A stretch of DNA of 64,000 nt from an uncultured Thermotogae bacterium (GTDB lineage Bacteria; Bipolaricaulota; Bipolaricaulia; UBA7950; UBA9294). The notes beneath the pieces were generated by a model. It did no database searches. It saw only the letters and a program-made list of their open reading frames with translations, and had not been told where the DNA came from. Numbering within the stretch: the stretch's first letter is position 1; each line of letters starts with the position of its first letter. Location of the stretch: NCBI GenBank assembly GCA_964608345.1, contig CAZSNG010000003.1:18764-82763 (forward strand), read 5' to 3'. This document shows positions 18,385-28,292 of this stretch, one piece after another. Made by a program: the position numbers and the translations under genes.

Positions 18385-20970
18385 CTAGGTGATGCGCCCG
18401 CAACACTTCTTGTATTTCTTCCCCGAGCCGCACGGGCACGGGTCGTTTCGTCCCGGCTCTTTCTCGAGTCGAACGGACCGCTGCGCTCCCTTCGGCTTCG
18501 CCTGCCCCTTCGCCGCCGGCGGAGCGGCCGACGAGTGGATGTAGCGAACGTTCTCCGGTGCGCGCTTCGGAGACGGGCCGGTGGAGACGGTCAGTCGGGG
18601 GTTGAGGACGACCCGGACGACCTTCTCGGCCGCGTTGGCAAGCATCTCCTGGAACATAACGAACGACTCCCGCTTGAACGCCACGAGCGGATCGGTACCG
18701 CCGAACGCCGTCCACCCGATCCCGCCCTTCAGATCGTCGAGGTTGTACAGGTGTGTCCGCCACGCCTCGTCGATCGTCGTGAGGATGACGTAGCGCGCCA
18801 GGAGCGGGAACGGCTTCCCGATCCGCGCGCGTTGCGCGATCAGGACCTTCCGCAGGTGCTCGCCGGCGATCTCCGAGACTCCCTCGGTGTTGGGCGCGTC
18901 GAGCGCCCCGGCGGCGATTGTTGCGTACGAGGTTAGCTCGTGGGCCAGCCCGGCGAGGTCCCATTCGTCGTGCGGCCGCCCAGCGGCCGCGTGGGCCCCG
19001 ACCAGGTCCTGTGCCAAGTCGTCAAACAGGCCGTGGAGATACTCCTCCAGATCCGACTCCGCCTCCGGGGAGAGGCTGTCCTCGGTACCCGGCTTCGGCA
19101 GGAGGAATCGATCGCGGAGCGAGTAGACCGCCTCGCGCTGCTTCGAGAGCACGAGATCGTATTCGAGAAGCCGCTTGCGGATCTCGAAGTTGCGCCCCTC
19201 GACCCGCTTCTGCGCTCGGCGGATGGCGCCTGTGAGCAGGTCGTGCTCGATCGCTTCGCCCTCGGCCATGCCGAGCCGGTCCATCAGCGGTGCGATCCGG
19301 TCCCCGCCGAAGATACGTAGGAGGTCGTCCTCCATCGAGAGGTAGAACTGAGACGATCCGGGATCGCCCTGCCTGCCCGCCCGCCCGAGGAGCTGGTTGT
19401 CGATTCGGCGGGACTCGTGCCGCTGTGCCCCGATGACGTGAAGGCCGCCGAGGTCGGCGACGCCGCCGCCCAGCTTGATGTCGGTACCGCGTCCGGCCAT
19501 GTTTGTCGCGACCGTCATCGCGGCGTGCTGCCCGGCATCGGCGACAATCTCCGCCTCCTGCTCGTGATACTTGGCGTTGAGCACTTGGGGGTCGAGCTTC
19601 CGCGCCTTGAGCAGCCCGGCGAGCCGCTCCGACTTCTCGATCGAGTTCGTCCCGATCAGGACAGGACGGCCCTGCTCGTGGAGGACGGCGACCTCGTCGG
19701 CGATCGCCTCGAACGCGGCCTTCTGGGTGCGAAAGATCCGGTCCGGCATCGCGTCCCGCTCCAGCGGCCGATTGGTCGGGATGACGAGGACGGGAAGGCC
19801 GTAGATCTGCTTGAACTCCTCCTCTTCCGTCTTCGCCGTACCGGTCATTCCGCACAGCCCGCGGTAGAGCTGGAAGTAGTGCTGCAGCGTGATCTGTGCC
19901 AGGGTCTGCGACTCCCGCTGGACCTTGAGCCCTTCCTTCGCTTCGAGTGCTTGGTGGAGCCCGTCAGAGTAGCGGCGGTCGGGCATCAGGCGACCGGTGA
20001 ACTCGTCGACGATCATCACGCGACCGTCCTTGACGATGTAATGCTGCTCCTTCTGGAACAGGTGCAGTGCGCGCAGCGCCGTCTCGATGTGGTGGAGTGT
20101 CTCCGTGTGCTCCGGCGAGAAGAGGTTCTCGATCGAGAGCGCCTGCTCCGCCTTGTGGATCCCGGCGTCGGTCATCGTCAGCCGCCGGGTCTCTTCGTCG
20201 ATCTCGAAGTCGGCGTCCCGGCGGAAACGGCGGGACAACGCGGCGAACTTCCGGTAACGATCGAGTGCCTCGGCGGCCGAACCGGAGATGATCAGCGGCG
20301 TTCGTGCCTCGTCGACGAGGATGTTGTCAATCTCGTCGACGATGGCGAAGTCGCGTGACCCCTGAACCTTGCGGTCGACCGTCAGGACCATGTTGTCGCG
20401 GAGGTAGTCGAAGCCGAACTGATTGTTCGTTCCGTAGGTGATGTCCGCCGCGTACGCGGCCTGGCGATCGGCTGGGTCCATCCCGTCCTGGAGAAGGCCG
20501 ACCGTGAGACCGAGGAACTCGTAGATCGGTCCCATCCATTCCCGGTCGCGTTTCGCCAGGTAGTCGTTCACCGTGACGACGTGGACCTTACCGACGAACG
20601 CGTTCAGCGTAGCGGGGAGCGTCGCGACGAGCGTCTTCCCTTCTCCCGTCTGCATCTCGGCGATCCGCCGGTCGTCGAGCGCCAAGCCGCCGATGATCTG
20701 GACGTCGAACGGTCGCAGACCGACCGTTCGCTCGGCGACCTCACGGACGAGTGCGTACACCTCGGCACGAAGGTCTTGCTTCGACTCCCCGTCCTGGAGC
20801 CGCTTCCGGACGTTGGCGCCCCGCGCTTTCAGCGCGTCGTCCGACAGAGACTTGACGTCGTCGGCGAGCGCGTTGACCGCTTCCAGCTCGCGCGCGTAGC
20901 GTTTCAGCTGCTGGCTGTTGGTCTGCCCGAGCATGTAGTCGACGGCGTTCCGGATCGAATCAATGGCCAT
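18385..20970 (-). CDS. secA: Preprotein translocase ATPase SecA.
   Basis: 861 aa. DEAD-like motor motifs are present. The C-terminal zinc-binding tail reads CPCGSGKKYKKCCG. Confidence 0.95.
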   Translation of the reverse strand: MAIDSIRNAVDYMLGQTNSQQLKRYARELEAVNALADDVKSLSDDALKARGANVRKRLQDGESKQDLRAEVYALVREVAERTVGLRPFDVQIIGGLALDDRRIAEMQTGEGKTLVATLPATLNAFVGKVHVVTVNDYLAKRDREWMGPIYEFLGLTVGLLQDGMDPADRQAAYAADITYGTNNQFGFDYLRDNMVLTVDRKVQGSRDFAIVDEIDNILVDEARTPLIISGSAAEALDRYRKFAALSRRFRRDADFEIDEETRRLTMTDAGIHKAEQALSIENLFSPEHTETLHHIETALRALHLFQKEQHYIVKDGRVMIVDEFTGRLMPDRRYSDGLHQALEAKEGLKVQRESQTLAQITLQHYFQLYRGLCGMTGTAKTEEEEFKQIYGLPVLVIPTNRPLERDAMPDRIFRTQKAAFEAIADEVAVLHEQGRPVLIGTNSIEKSERLAGLLKARKLDPQVLNAKYHEQEAEIVADAGQHAAMTVATNMAGRGTDIKLGGGVADLGGLHVIGAQRHESRRIDNQLLGRAGRQGDPGSSQFYLSMEDDLLRIFGGDRIAPLMDRLGMAEGEAIEHDLLTGAIRRAQKRVEGRNFEIRKRLLEYDLVLSKQREAVYSLRDRFLLPKPGTEDSLSPEAESDLEEYLHGLFDDLAQDLVGAHAAAGRPHDEWDLAGLAHELTSYATIAAGALDAPNTEGVSEIAGEHLRKVLIAQRARIGKPFPLLARYVILTTIDEAWRTHLYNLDDLKGGIGWTAFGGTDPLVAFKRESFVMFQEMLANAAEKVVRVVLNPRLTVSTGPSPKRAPENVRYIHSSAAPPAAKGQAKPKGAQRSVRLEKEPGRNDPCPCGSGKKYKKCCGRIT

Positions 20971-21039
20971 AGGAGATCACGCGGTCAGTATATAGGCCCG
21001 TTCTACACCCGCAAGGAATCGGAGGCAGCCCGCGGAACC

Positions 21040-23604
21040 CTACGGCGCTTCGCTACCCTGGAGCTCCTCGAGGCGGTCCAGGACGGTCTGGCGCTCCTGC
21101 TGGAAGTGTTCGAGATCGGTGCGGAGCTTCCCGTACTCCTCCGCGGTAATCATCTCTCGGCTCGCGAGGTCCTCCTCGGCGCGGTTGATCTTGCGCTCGA
21201 TCCGCGCCAGCGCGGCCTCGAATGCTTCGCGCGCCTCGGCAGGCATGCCGCGGGCCTGGTAGATGGAGCCGAGGCCGATGTAGCCGGTCTCGAACCACGG
21301 AGCGTCCTCGACCAGCGCCTCGAGCAGAGCCGTCGCCTCGATCGGACTACCGGTCTGCGCCACGATGACGGCCTCGATGTAGCGGGCGCGCACGGCGATG
21401 TCTTCGCGCGGCCGGGTGGCGAGCAGGAGCGCAGTGACCTCGCGCGCTTGATCGTACTGCTCCTCGTTGGCCATCAGGTTCGCGTAGTTGAGGTACACCG
21501 CCTCGTCGATGAAGCGGGCGAAGCACTTCTCCAGGTTCGCAAGGGCCTCGTCGTAGGCTCCTCGCTCGATCTGCACCGTCGCTAGGTGGTAGTACGTCTG
21601 CCGGGGGGCGAAATCAAGCGCCAAGCTTCGCTCGAACAGCGTTTCCGCGCCGTAGACGTTGCCGAGCTGGGCCTGCTCGATCCCCTCGCTCATCAGGAGA
21701 TTCGCGGCCAGATCCCGCCCCGCGACGACCGACACGAGGACACCGAGAACGGCGATGCAAGCGACCGTCACCTTCAGCTTCGCGCCGGTGAGCTTGACTC
21801 GAAATTGGGCCGAATCACCGTAGGCGCGCGAGAAGATGAGTCCGCCGGTGACGACGAGGACGAGGGTCGACGACGGGAGGTGTGCCGGGAAGCTGACGAG
21901 GGCGTGGGCGACGAACGTGAGGATTCCGCAGCCGAACAGCAGCAGATCGAGCCGGCACGTCTCATCGCTCGCCCGCAGGCGCATCCAGATCGTCACAACG
22001 AGGAGAGCGAGGAAGGAGAGCAGCGCCAGCGTGCCGAGGATACCCATCTCCGCGAGCACCTGAACGTACTCGTTGTGCGCCTGCGCGGCGCGGTCGATGT
22101 AGAAGTCGAAGTCCTCTCCACGTGGCGAAGCGAGGAACTCCGCCTTGTACGGAAGGAAGTTCAGTTTGTAGTTACCCAGGCCGATCCCGGTCACCGGGTA
22201 ATCCTTGAACATCTCCCAGCCGACCCACCAGTCCCAAGACCGAACGCCGCCGGCGTTGCGTGCCCAGAGCTGGCGTGCCCATGATTCCAAGGCGCCAATG
22301 GGGCGAAGGTAGAATTCGTCGAAGCCTGCCCACCCGTCCGCTCCCGCGGCGAGAAGCTGTACGCTTATGTACCTAGCCTCGCGAGGTGCGGTGAACGCCG
22401 TCTCCACCGCCGTCCAGGACGTCGAGGTCGTCCGACCGACGACCTTCCACTTGATGCGCTCCTGTTCGGCGTCGAGGAGTAGCACCCTCATTTGGGCCGT
22501 GGTTCTCCCATTGGAGAGCAGCGAGCCTCCAGCCACGAAGCCTTGGCCGGACTGGATCGGGATCATCCGTTGCGCCCCGTCGGCATCCAGCTGCCAGCAC
22601 CCGCGGTTTCGACCGTCACGTTCGATCTTCCACCACGCCAACGAATCGATGCCGCCAGTCTCTGCTCGTGCTCCGTTGGCGCCCCAATGGGATGGCCCGC
22701 CTTCGAAGCTTGGATTGAGCAGGAGTTCCTCAGCGGCCCCGCTTGCGGACAGCCCGACGACCGAGTTCAGCGGCCCGGACGGCGCTTCAACCAGGAAGGT
22801 CACGACGAGGGCACCGAGCAAGATCAGTAGCCACCTGCGGGCGCGGCGGATCGGCTCAATCGGTCGGAAGACAGCAATGCCGGCGAGGAACGTGACGGCA
22901 CTCAGTGCCAGCGCGACGGCCGTACCGGTCTGCCGGACAGTCAGGATCATCCCGAAGCAGAACGCAATGAGGGCGATCGCGGCGAGCCGAACCCAACGGC
23001 TGCGAGGTCGGACGACCAGAACGACGGAAGGGAAGAGCAAGTACGTCAGGAATCCGCCGAGGTAGTTGCGGTTCCCCATCGTGGAGATCACCTGGACGAG
23101 CGCGCCCGAGCCGGCCGGGCCGCGCATGACGCCGAGGTACTGGAGCATTCCGTACAACGCAGCGAGGAACGCGGAAAGGAGAAGGGCCGACAGCAACAGC
23201 GTGACGTCCCTCGCGTCGCGCACCGCGTTGGCGATGATCAGCATGAAGAGAGCGAAGAAGACGACGAGAACGAGGCTCTGGATCACGACCCGCCCGCTCG
23301 TGGCGGAGAGGAGCGACAGCAAGGACGCCACAATCAGGCCGAGGATGGGGATGGCGATCCACGGTAATCGGATCGTCCACGTTCGCTCCCGAAGCGCTGA
23401 AAGCCCCCAGAGGATCGCGAGGGCGGAGACGCCGATCAACGTTACCATCGTCTTCCCGTAGCCGTACTCCGAGATGCCGGGCCATATGAACAGAGGAATC
23501 GCGAAGACGAGGAACAGCACGCCGTAGAAAGGAAACCGGTCGAATCGAATCGACGAGACGGGGACGGCGGTCTCCCTCTTCGATTTCCCCCTCTTCCGGC
23601 TCAT
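21040..23604 (-). CDS. O-antigen ligase (Wzy_C) family membrane protein, with an inserted beta-rich carbohydrate-binding-like domain and C-terminal TPR repeats.
   Basis: The start is the ATG at 23604 (MSRKRGKSKRE...). About 10 TM helices are present. The Wzy_C motif reads GIGLGNYKLNFLPY...AHNEYVQVLAEMGILG. The mid-protein segment NPSFEGG...WAGFDEFYL resembles a CBM4_9-type domain. The C-terminal TPR-like helices read YHLATVQIERGAYDEALANLEKC.... The 955-aa listed ORF is trimmed to the first plausible start. Confidence 0.7.
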   Translation of the reverse strand: MSRKRGKSKRETAVPVSSIRFDRFPFYGVLFLVFAIPLFIWPGISEYGYGKTMVTLIGVSALAILWGLSALRERTWTIRLPWIAIPILGLIVASLLSLLSATSGRVVIQSLVLVVFFALFMLIIANAVRDARDVTLLLSALLLSAFLAALYGMLQYLGVMRGPAGSGALVQVISTMGNRNYLGGFLTYLLFPSVVLVVRPRSRWVRLAAIALIAFCFGMILTVRQTGTAVALALSAVTFLAGIAVFRPIEPIRRARRWLLILLGALVVTFLVEAPSGPLNSVVGLSASGAAEELLLNPSFEGGPSHWGANGARAETGGIDSLAWWKIERDGRNRGCWQLDADGAQRMIPIQSGQGFVAGGSLLSNGRTTAQMRVLLLDAEQERIKWKVVGRTTSTSWTAVETAFTAPREARYISVQLLAAGADGWAGFDEFYLRPIGALESWARQLWARNAGGVRSWDWWVGWEMFKDYPVTGIGLGNYKLNFLPYKAEFLASPRGEDFDFYIDRAAQAHNEYVQVLAEMGILGTLALLSFLALLVVTIWMRLRASDETCRLDLLLFGCGILTFVAHALVSFPAHLPSSTLVLVVTGGLIFSRAYGDSAQFRVKLTGAKLKVTVACIAVLGVLVSVVAGRDLAANLLMSEGIEQAQLGNVYGAETLFERSLALDFAPRQTYYHLATVQIERGAYDEALANLEKCFARFIDEAVYLNYANLMANEEQYDQAREVTALLLATRPREDIAVRARYIEAVIVAQTGSPIEATALLEALVEDAPWFETGYIGLGSIYQARGMPAEAREAFEAALARIERKINRAEEDLASREMITAEEYGKLRTDLEHFQQERQTVLDRLEELQGSEAP

Positions 23605-23614
23605 CGCGGACCGA

Positions 23615-24835
23615 TTATAGAGAGTTGCGGTACGAGGGGGCAACCGTTGATGAATCGGCCAGATCGGCGATCTCGTGGCTTGCGATGAGCGGAAGGAGCC
23701 GGAGCAGCTTGCCCCACAGCGACGGATGGACGGCCAGCTTGTCCGGGAGTCGATGGAAGCGATCGATGTCGGCATGCTCGGCGAGGAAGGACAAGAGGTC
23801 GGGATCGCTGCACGCGGCGAACATCGCGTTGAGTTCCCGGTCAGACACGATCGAAGAGATCCGGCGGATCGAGCGGCCGAACGCGATCTCGCGGCCGACC
23901 GCCGCACGCCACTCGGACTCGTAGGCGTCCGCCGCCTTGGGGCTCGCGCCCCCGGAGAGTGCGGCCTCGGCCGCGATCCGCCCGGCGATCCGAGCGCAGA
24001 TCCCGCCTGGGTAGAGCCCTCCTCCGGACAACGGCTTCACCTGTCCCGCAGCGTCGCCGACGAGGAAGACCCCGTCGGACGCCGTCCGTCGAGCCGGCGT
24101 GATCGGGATCCGTCCGCCGGTCCGGGAGAGGATCCGGCATTCGGGGTACTGCGTGACGAGAAGGCGGTCGAGATGGGCCGCCGGATCGTGTTCGGGAGAG
24201 ACGCCGAGGCCGATTCGCACCGTCCGATCCTCGGAGGGGATGGCCCACGCGAAGAAGCCGGGGGCCACGTTCTTGCCGAAGAAGACCTCGACTCGATCCG
24301 GAGGCACGGGCGCTTGCACCTCGATGACGGCCTGTGCGGCGTGGACGAACAGGTCGGGGTACGGCAGATCGAACCACTGCGCAACCCGGCTGCTCGGCCC
24401 GTCCGCTCCGACGATGACGGACGCACGCACCGTCTTCGGTCCGTCCGGCGACTCCAAGGTGACGCCATCGTGCGACATCGAGACCGCCTCGGTGCCGAGG
24501 CCGACGTCTACCCCCGCGGCGCGCGCCTTGCGGTGGAGGATCCGCTCCAGGCGGCATCTGTCGACGACGACCGCCTTCGTGTGATCGGCGGCGAGATCCA
24601 CCGTTCGGCCGTCCGGGGCGTGTACGGTGATGGCGCGGATCTCTCTCAGGACGCAGTCGGTGGGAGCGCCGAGGATCGACAGTGTTCGAGGACTGATCAG
24701 GCCGGCGCATGCGGACGAGCTCGTCAGGTCCGGGCGGCGATCGACGAGAAGGACGGACGCCCCCGCCTCCGCGGCGCACTGCGACGCCACTGCGCCGATC
24801 GGACCCGCGCCGACCACCAGAACCTGAACGTGCAC
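23615..24835 (-). CDS. Geranylgeranyl reductase family FAD-dependent oxidoreductase.
   Basis: MHVQVLVVGAGPIGAVAS (Rossmann GxGxxG). The family's central and C-terminal FAD motifs are present (DGxxSxxA, VFLVGDAAGQVKPLSGGG). Confidence 0.75.
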   Translation of the reverse strand: MHVQVLVVGAGPIGAVASQCAAEAGASVLLVDRRPDLTSSSACAGLISPRTLSILGAPTDCVLREIRAITVHAPDGRTVDLAADHTKAVVVDRCRLERILHRKARAAGVDVGLGTEAVSMSHDGVTLESPDGPKTVRASVIVGADGPSSRVAQWFDLPYPDLFVHAAQAVIEVQAPVPPDRVEVFFGKNVAPGFFAWAIPSEDRTVRIGLGVSPEHDPAAHLDRLLVTQYPECRILSRTGGRIPITPARRTASDGVFLVGDAAGQVKPLSGGGLYPGGICARIAGRIAAEAALSGGASPKAADAYESEWRAAVGREIAFGRSIRRISSIVSDRELNAMFAACSDPDLLSFLAEHADIDRFHRLPDKLAVHPSLWGKLLRLLPLIASHEIADLADSSTVAPSYRNSL

Positions 24836-24846
24836 GTTGTCTCCTC

Positions 24847-25839
24847 CTACGTTCCCTCGCGCTTCGGCGCGCGGGTCATGATCTCGTTCACCAGCGACAA
24901 TGGGTCGGCCTCACCCCGGAGAAGGCGGTAGACCGCCTCGGTGATCGGCATCTCGATGCCTCGCTCCTGCGCGATCTCGTGCACGACGGTCGTGGCGTGA
25001 ACGCCCTCGGCGACCATGTTCATCTTCCCGAGGATACGGTCGACCGACTCGCCGCGTCCGAGTTGGACCCCGACGTAGCGGTTCCTGCTGTGCTCGCTGG
25101 TGCACGTTGCGACCAGATCGCCGAGTCCGGACAGCCCGAAGAACGTCGCCTCCTCGGCGCCGAACGTCCGCCCGAAGCGAACCATCTCCGCGAGTCCCCG
25201 GGTGATCAGCGCACCGCGGCTGTTGTCGCCGTACCCGAGTCCATCGGAGATGCCGGTCGCCAGGGCGATGACGTTCTTGATCGTCGCACAGAGTTCGACA
25301 CCGCGGATGTCCTCGGACAGGTAGATGCGGAATCGGGCCGTGGCGATCTCCCGCTGGAGATGCGCTCCGAGCTCGAGGTCCCGGCCCGCGAGAACGACCG
25401 CGGTCGGGACGTCCGCCCCGACCTCCTCGGCATGACTCGGCCCGGACAACGCGAACGCGTTCGCTCCGGGAAGCGCGTGCGACGCCAGCTCGGACATCGT
25501 GCGCTTCGACGCGCGATCGAGCCCTTTGGCGAGGTTGATCACCGTCGGCCCCGGCGCGACGAGCGAGGCGAGCCGCTCGAGCAGGTCGGCGACGCCGAAC
25601 GACGGGACGGCAAGAACGAGTGCGCCGTGCGCGGCGGCCTCGGTCAGGTCCGACGTGATCGAGAGATGCTCCTGCGGAAGGTTGACGTCCGGAAGGTACT
25701 TCGCGTTGCGCCGGTTCCGGCGGATGGCCTCGGCCTGCTGCGAGTCACGTGCCCAGAGAACGGTCTCGTGTCCGCCGTTCGCGAGAAGGCGGGCGACCGC
25801 GGTTCCCCATCCGCCCGCTCCAAGGACCGCGAACTTCAT
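24847..25839 (-). CDS. gpsA: NAD(P)H-dependent glycerol-3-phosphate dehydrogenase.
   Basis: MKFAVLGAGGWGTAVARLLA...; the start at 25839 overlaps the upstream gene stop (ATGA). Confidence 0.9.
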   Translation of the reverse strand: MKFAVLGAGGWGTAVARLLANGGHETVLWARDSQQAEAIRRNRRNAKYLPDVNLPQEHLSITSDLTEAAAHGALVLAVPSFGVADLLERLASLVAPGPTVINLAKGLDRASKRTMSELASHALPGANAFALSGPSHAEEVGADVPTAVVLAGRDLELGAHLQREIATARFRIYLSEDIRGVELCATIKNVIALATGISDGLGYGDNSRGALITRGLAEMVRFGRTFGAEEATFFGLSGLGDLVATCTSEHSRNRYVGVQLGRGESVDRILGKMNMVAEGVHATTVVHEIAQERGIEMPITEAVYRLLRGEADPLSLVNEIMTRAPKREGT

Positions 25840-27017
25840 GGGGCTTGCGCGATCTCCGCATCGAGGTCGATCGGCATCACGACCCCGGCGTGCGCTTCGA
25901 TCCACTCGATCGCGACGTCGACGGGATCCTGCTCCTCGTCGACGACGATGTCCGGCGGCAGTCCGATGCCGTTGACGATCCTCCGATCCGGCGTGAAGTA
26001 CTCGCCGGCCGTGATCTTCAGCGCCGAGCCGTCGGGAAACTCGATCAGCTGCTGGTAGACGCCCTTCCCGAACGACTTCTCGCCGATCAGGATGCCCATG
26101 TCGTTGTCGCGGATCGCGCCGGCGGTGATCTCGGAGGCGGAGGCGGTTCCCCGGTTGATCAGCACGGCCATCGGGACGTTGGGAATCCGGTTCCCGCGCG
26201 CGTAGTACGTCCGCTCTTCGCTCAGCCGGTCCTGGGTGATCAGCAGGATCCCCTCGTCGACGAACCGGTTCGAGACGGAGATCGACTCGTTGACGAGCCC
26301 GCCCGGGTTGTTGCGCAGATCGAGGATGAAGCCGGTGAGGCTGTCGAGGTCGAACGACGCGAGCGCGAGGTCGAGTTCGGTCGTCGTGTCCTGCTCGAAC
26401 CGGTACAGGCGGATGTAGCCGATCGTACCACTGGCGCCGAGGAGGTCGCTGTCGACCGCCTGGAGGACGATCGTGTCGCGGACGATCGGGATGTCTTCGA
26501 TCGACCCGTCGTCGTGGCGGACGGTCAGCGTGACGGTCGTGCCGATCTCGCCGCGGATCTTCAGCGCCGCCTGGGTCAGGGTCAGCCCCTCGGTCGACTC
26601 GCCGTCGATGTTGAGGATCTGATCCCCCGCTTGGACGCCCGCGGCCTCGGCCGGAGTGCCGACGAGCGGCGTGATGACGGTCAGCACGGATTCGACGATC
26701 GACAGCTCGATCCCGACGCCGGAGAACTCACCGGACAGGCTTTCGTCGAAGCTCTGCCGGTCGCGCGGATCGAGGAACTCACTGTATGGGTCGTCGAGCG
26801 TCTCGACGACCCCCTTCATCGCCCCGTACAGCGCCCGCTGGTCGTCGATTTGCTCGGGCTGATAGAAGTAGCTCTTGATGTATTGGTAGATCTGATAGAC
26901 CGGGTCGAACAGGTCGCCGTTGGTCTCCTGAACCCCACCGACGCCGAGGGCGATCACGAGAAGGATCGCCGGGATCAAGATTGCCAGGCCCTTTCGCCAC
27001 GTTCTTCGCTTTGGCAT
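25836..27017 (-). CDS. ctpA: Carboxyl-terminal processing protease (S41 family) with a PDZ domain.
   Basis: PDZ domain: GVQAGDQILNIDGESTEGLTL. S41 core: GFILDLRNNPGGL...SASEITAGA..D...G.KSFGKG. The start is the ATG at 27017 (MPKRRTWRKG) with AGGGGTGA upstream. The TTG at 27053 is an alternative. Confidence 0.8.
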   Translation of the reverse strand: MPKRRTWRKGLAILIPAILLVIALGVGGVQETNGDLFDPVYQIYQYIKSYFYQPEQIDDQRALYGAMKGVVETLDDPYSEFLDPRDRQSFDESLSGEFSGVGIELSIVESVLTVITPLVGTPAEAAGVQAGDQILNIDGESTEGLTLTQAALKIRGEIGTTVTLTVRHDDGSIEDIPIVRDTIVLQAVDSDLLGASGTIGYIRLYRFEQDTTTELDLALASFDLDSLTGFILDLRNNPGGLVNESISVSNRFVDEGILLITQDRLSEERTYYARGNRIPNVPMAVLINRGTASASEITAGAIRDNDMGILIGEKSFGKGVYQQLIEFPDGSALKITAGEYFTPDRRIVNGIGLPPDIVVDEEQDPVDVAIEWIEAHAGVVMPIDLDAEIAQAP

Positions 27018-27071
27018 ACGTTTCACCCCTGGGGCACGAATTGTACTCCACAAGATGTGTGATATCCGTGG

Positions 27072-28292
27072 CTACGCCGTGTCAACGCCGAGATAGGAGC
27101 GCTGTTCCGGTGTCAGGGCATCGATGGTGACGCCGAGCGTTTCGAGCTTCAACCGCGCGACGCGCTCATCGATCTCGGCGGGCACGGAGTAGACGTCGGC
27201 AGGCATCGGCGCATTCCGCAGCAAGTGCCTGAGGGTCAACGCCTGGATCGCGAACGAAAGGTCCATGATCTCCACCGGGTGACCGTCGCCGAGCGCCAAG
27301 TTGACGAGACGCCCTTCGCCGAGGAGGTACAGGCGCCGGCCGTCGTCCATCACGTACTCCTCGACGCCCTCGCGTACCGAGCCGTGGGAGCGGGCGAGAC
27401 GGGCGAGCGTGTCGGGGCGGACCTCGACGTTGAAGTGGCCCGCGTTGGCGAGGACGACGCCGTCCTTCGCGACGCGCAACGCCTCCTCGGGGACGGCGTC
27501 GGCGCAGCCGGTGACTGTGATCACCAAATCGGCATCCTGGATCGCCTCGGCGATCGGCGCGACGGCGAACCCTTCCATCCACGCTTCGAGGGCGCTGATC
27601 GGCTCGACCTCCGAAACGGTGACCCGCGCGCCGAGCCCACGCGCGCGGAGGGCGATCCCGCGGCCGCACCATCCGTAGCCGACCACGACGACCGTCTTGC
27701 CGGCGATCAGGAGGTTCGTCGAGCGGAAGATGCCGTCCCAGACCGACTGCCCGGTCCCATACCGGTTGTCGAACAGCGCTTTCATCCGTGCGTCGTTCAC
27801 CGCGAACATCGGGAAGAGGAGCCGCTTCTCCCGCGCCATGATCCGCAGACGCCCGACGCCGGTCGTCGTCTCCTCGCACCCACCGATGATGTTCTCCTGC
27901 GGGCTCTCATGGAGCAGATGCACGAGGTCGCCGCCGTCGTCGAGGATCAGATCAGGGCGACAGGCGAGCGTCGCTTCCAGGTCGGCGGTGTACTGCGCGT
28001 CGGAGGCGCCGTGCACCGCGTGAACGGTGATCCGGTCCTCCATGTCCAACGCCGTTGCGATGTCGTCCTGGGTGGAGAGCGGATTGCTGCCGGTCACCCA
28101 CACGTCGGCTCCGCTGTCGCGGAGGAAGATCGCCAGGCAGGCCGTCTTCGCCTCGAGGTGAATACTCATCGAGATCCGCTTTCCGGCGTACGGTTGTTCG
28201 TCCGCGAAGGACGTTCGCAATCGATCGAGCAACGGCATGTGCTTCGCGGCCCAGTCGATTCGGGCACGGCCGCGTTCAGGGTCCGGTGTCAT
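27072..28292 (-). CDS. ahcY: Adenosylhomocysteinase (S-adenosyl-L-homocysteine hydrolase).
   Basis: 406 aa. NAD-binding GYGWCGRG; signature regions HLEAKTA and CNEF-like; full-length match to AhcY architecture. Confidence 0.9.
   Translation of the reverse strand: MTPDPERGRARIDWAAKHMPLLDRLRTSFADEQPYAGKRISMSIHLEAKTACLAIFLRDSGADVWVTGSNPLSTQDDIATALDMEDRITVHAVHGASDAQYTADLEATLACRPDLILDDGGDLVHLLHESPQENIIGGCEETTTGVGRLRIMAREKRLLFPMFAVNDARMKALFDNRYGTGQSVWDGIFRSTNLLIAGKTVVVVGYGWCGRGIALRARGLGARVTVSEVEPISALEAWMEGFAVAPIAEAIQDADLVITVTGCADAVPEEALRVAKDGVVLANAGHFNVEVRPDTLARLARSHGSVREGVEEYVMDDGRRLYLLGEGRLVNLALGDGHPVEIMDLSFAIQALTLRHLLRNAPMPADVYSVPAEIDERVARLKLETLGVTIDALTPEQRSYLGVDTA

Noticed and set aside
19417-20358. 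313-aa plus-strand ORF inside secA.
   Set aside because: Antisense artefact.
20971-21039. secA promoter (TTGCGG-14-TATATA).
   Set aside because: The spacer is too short and there is no Shine-Dalgarno sequence. Not reported as a feature.
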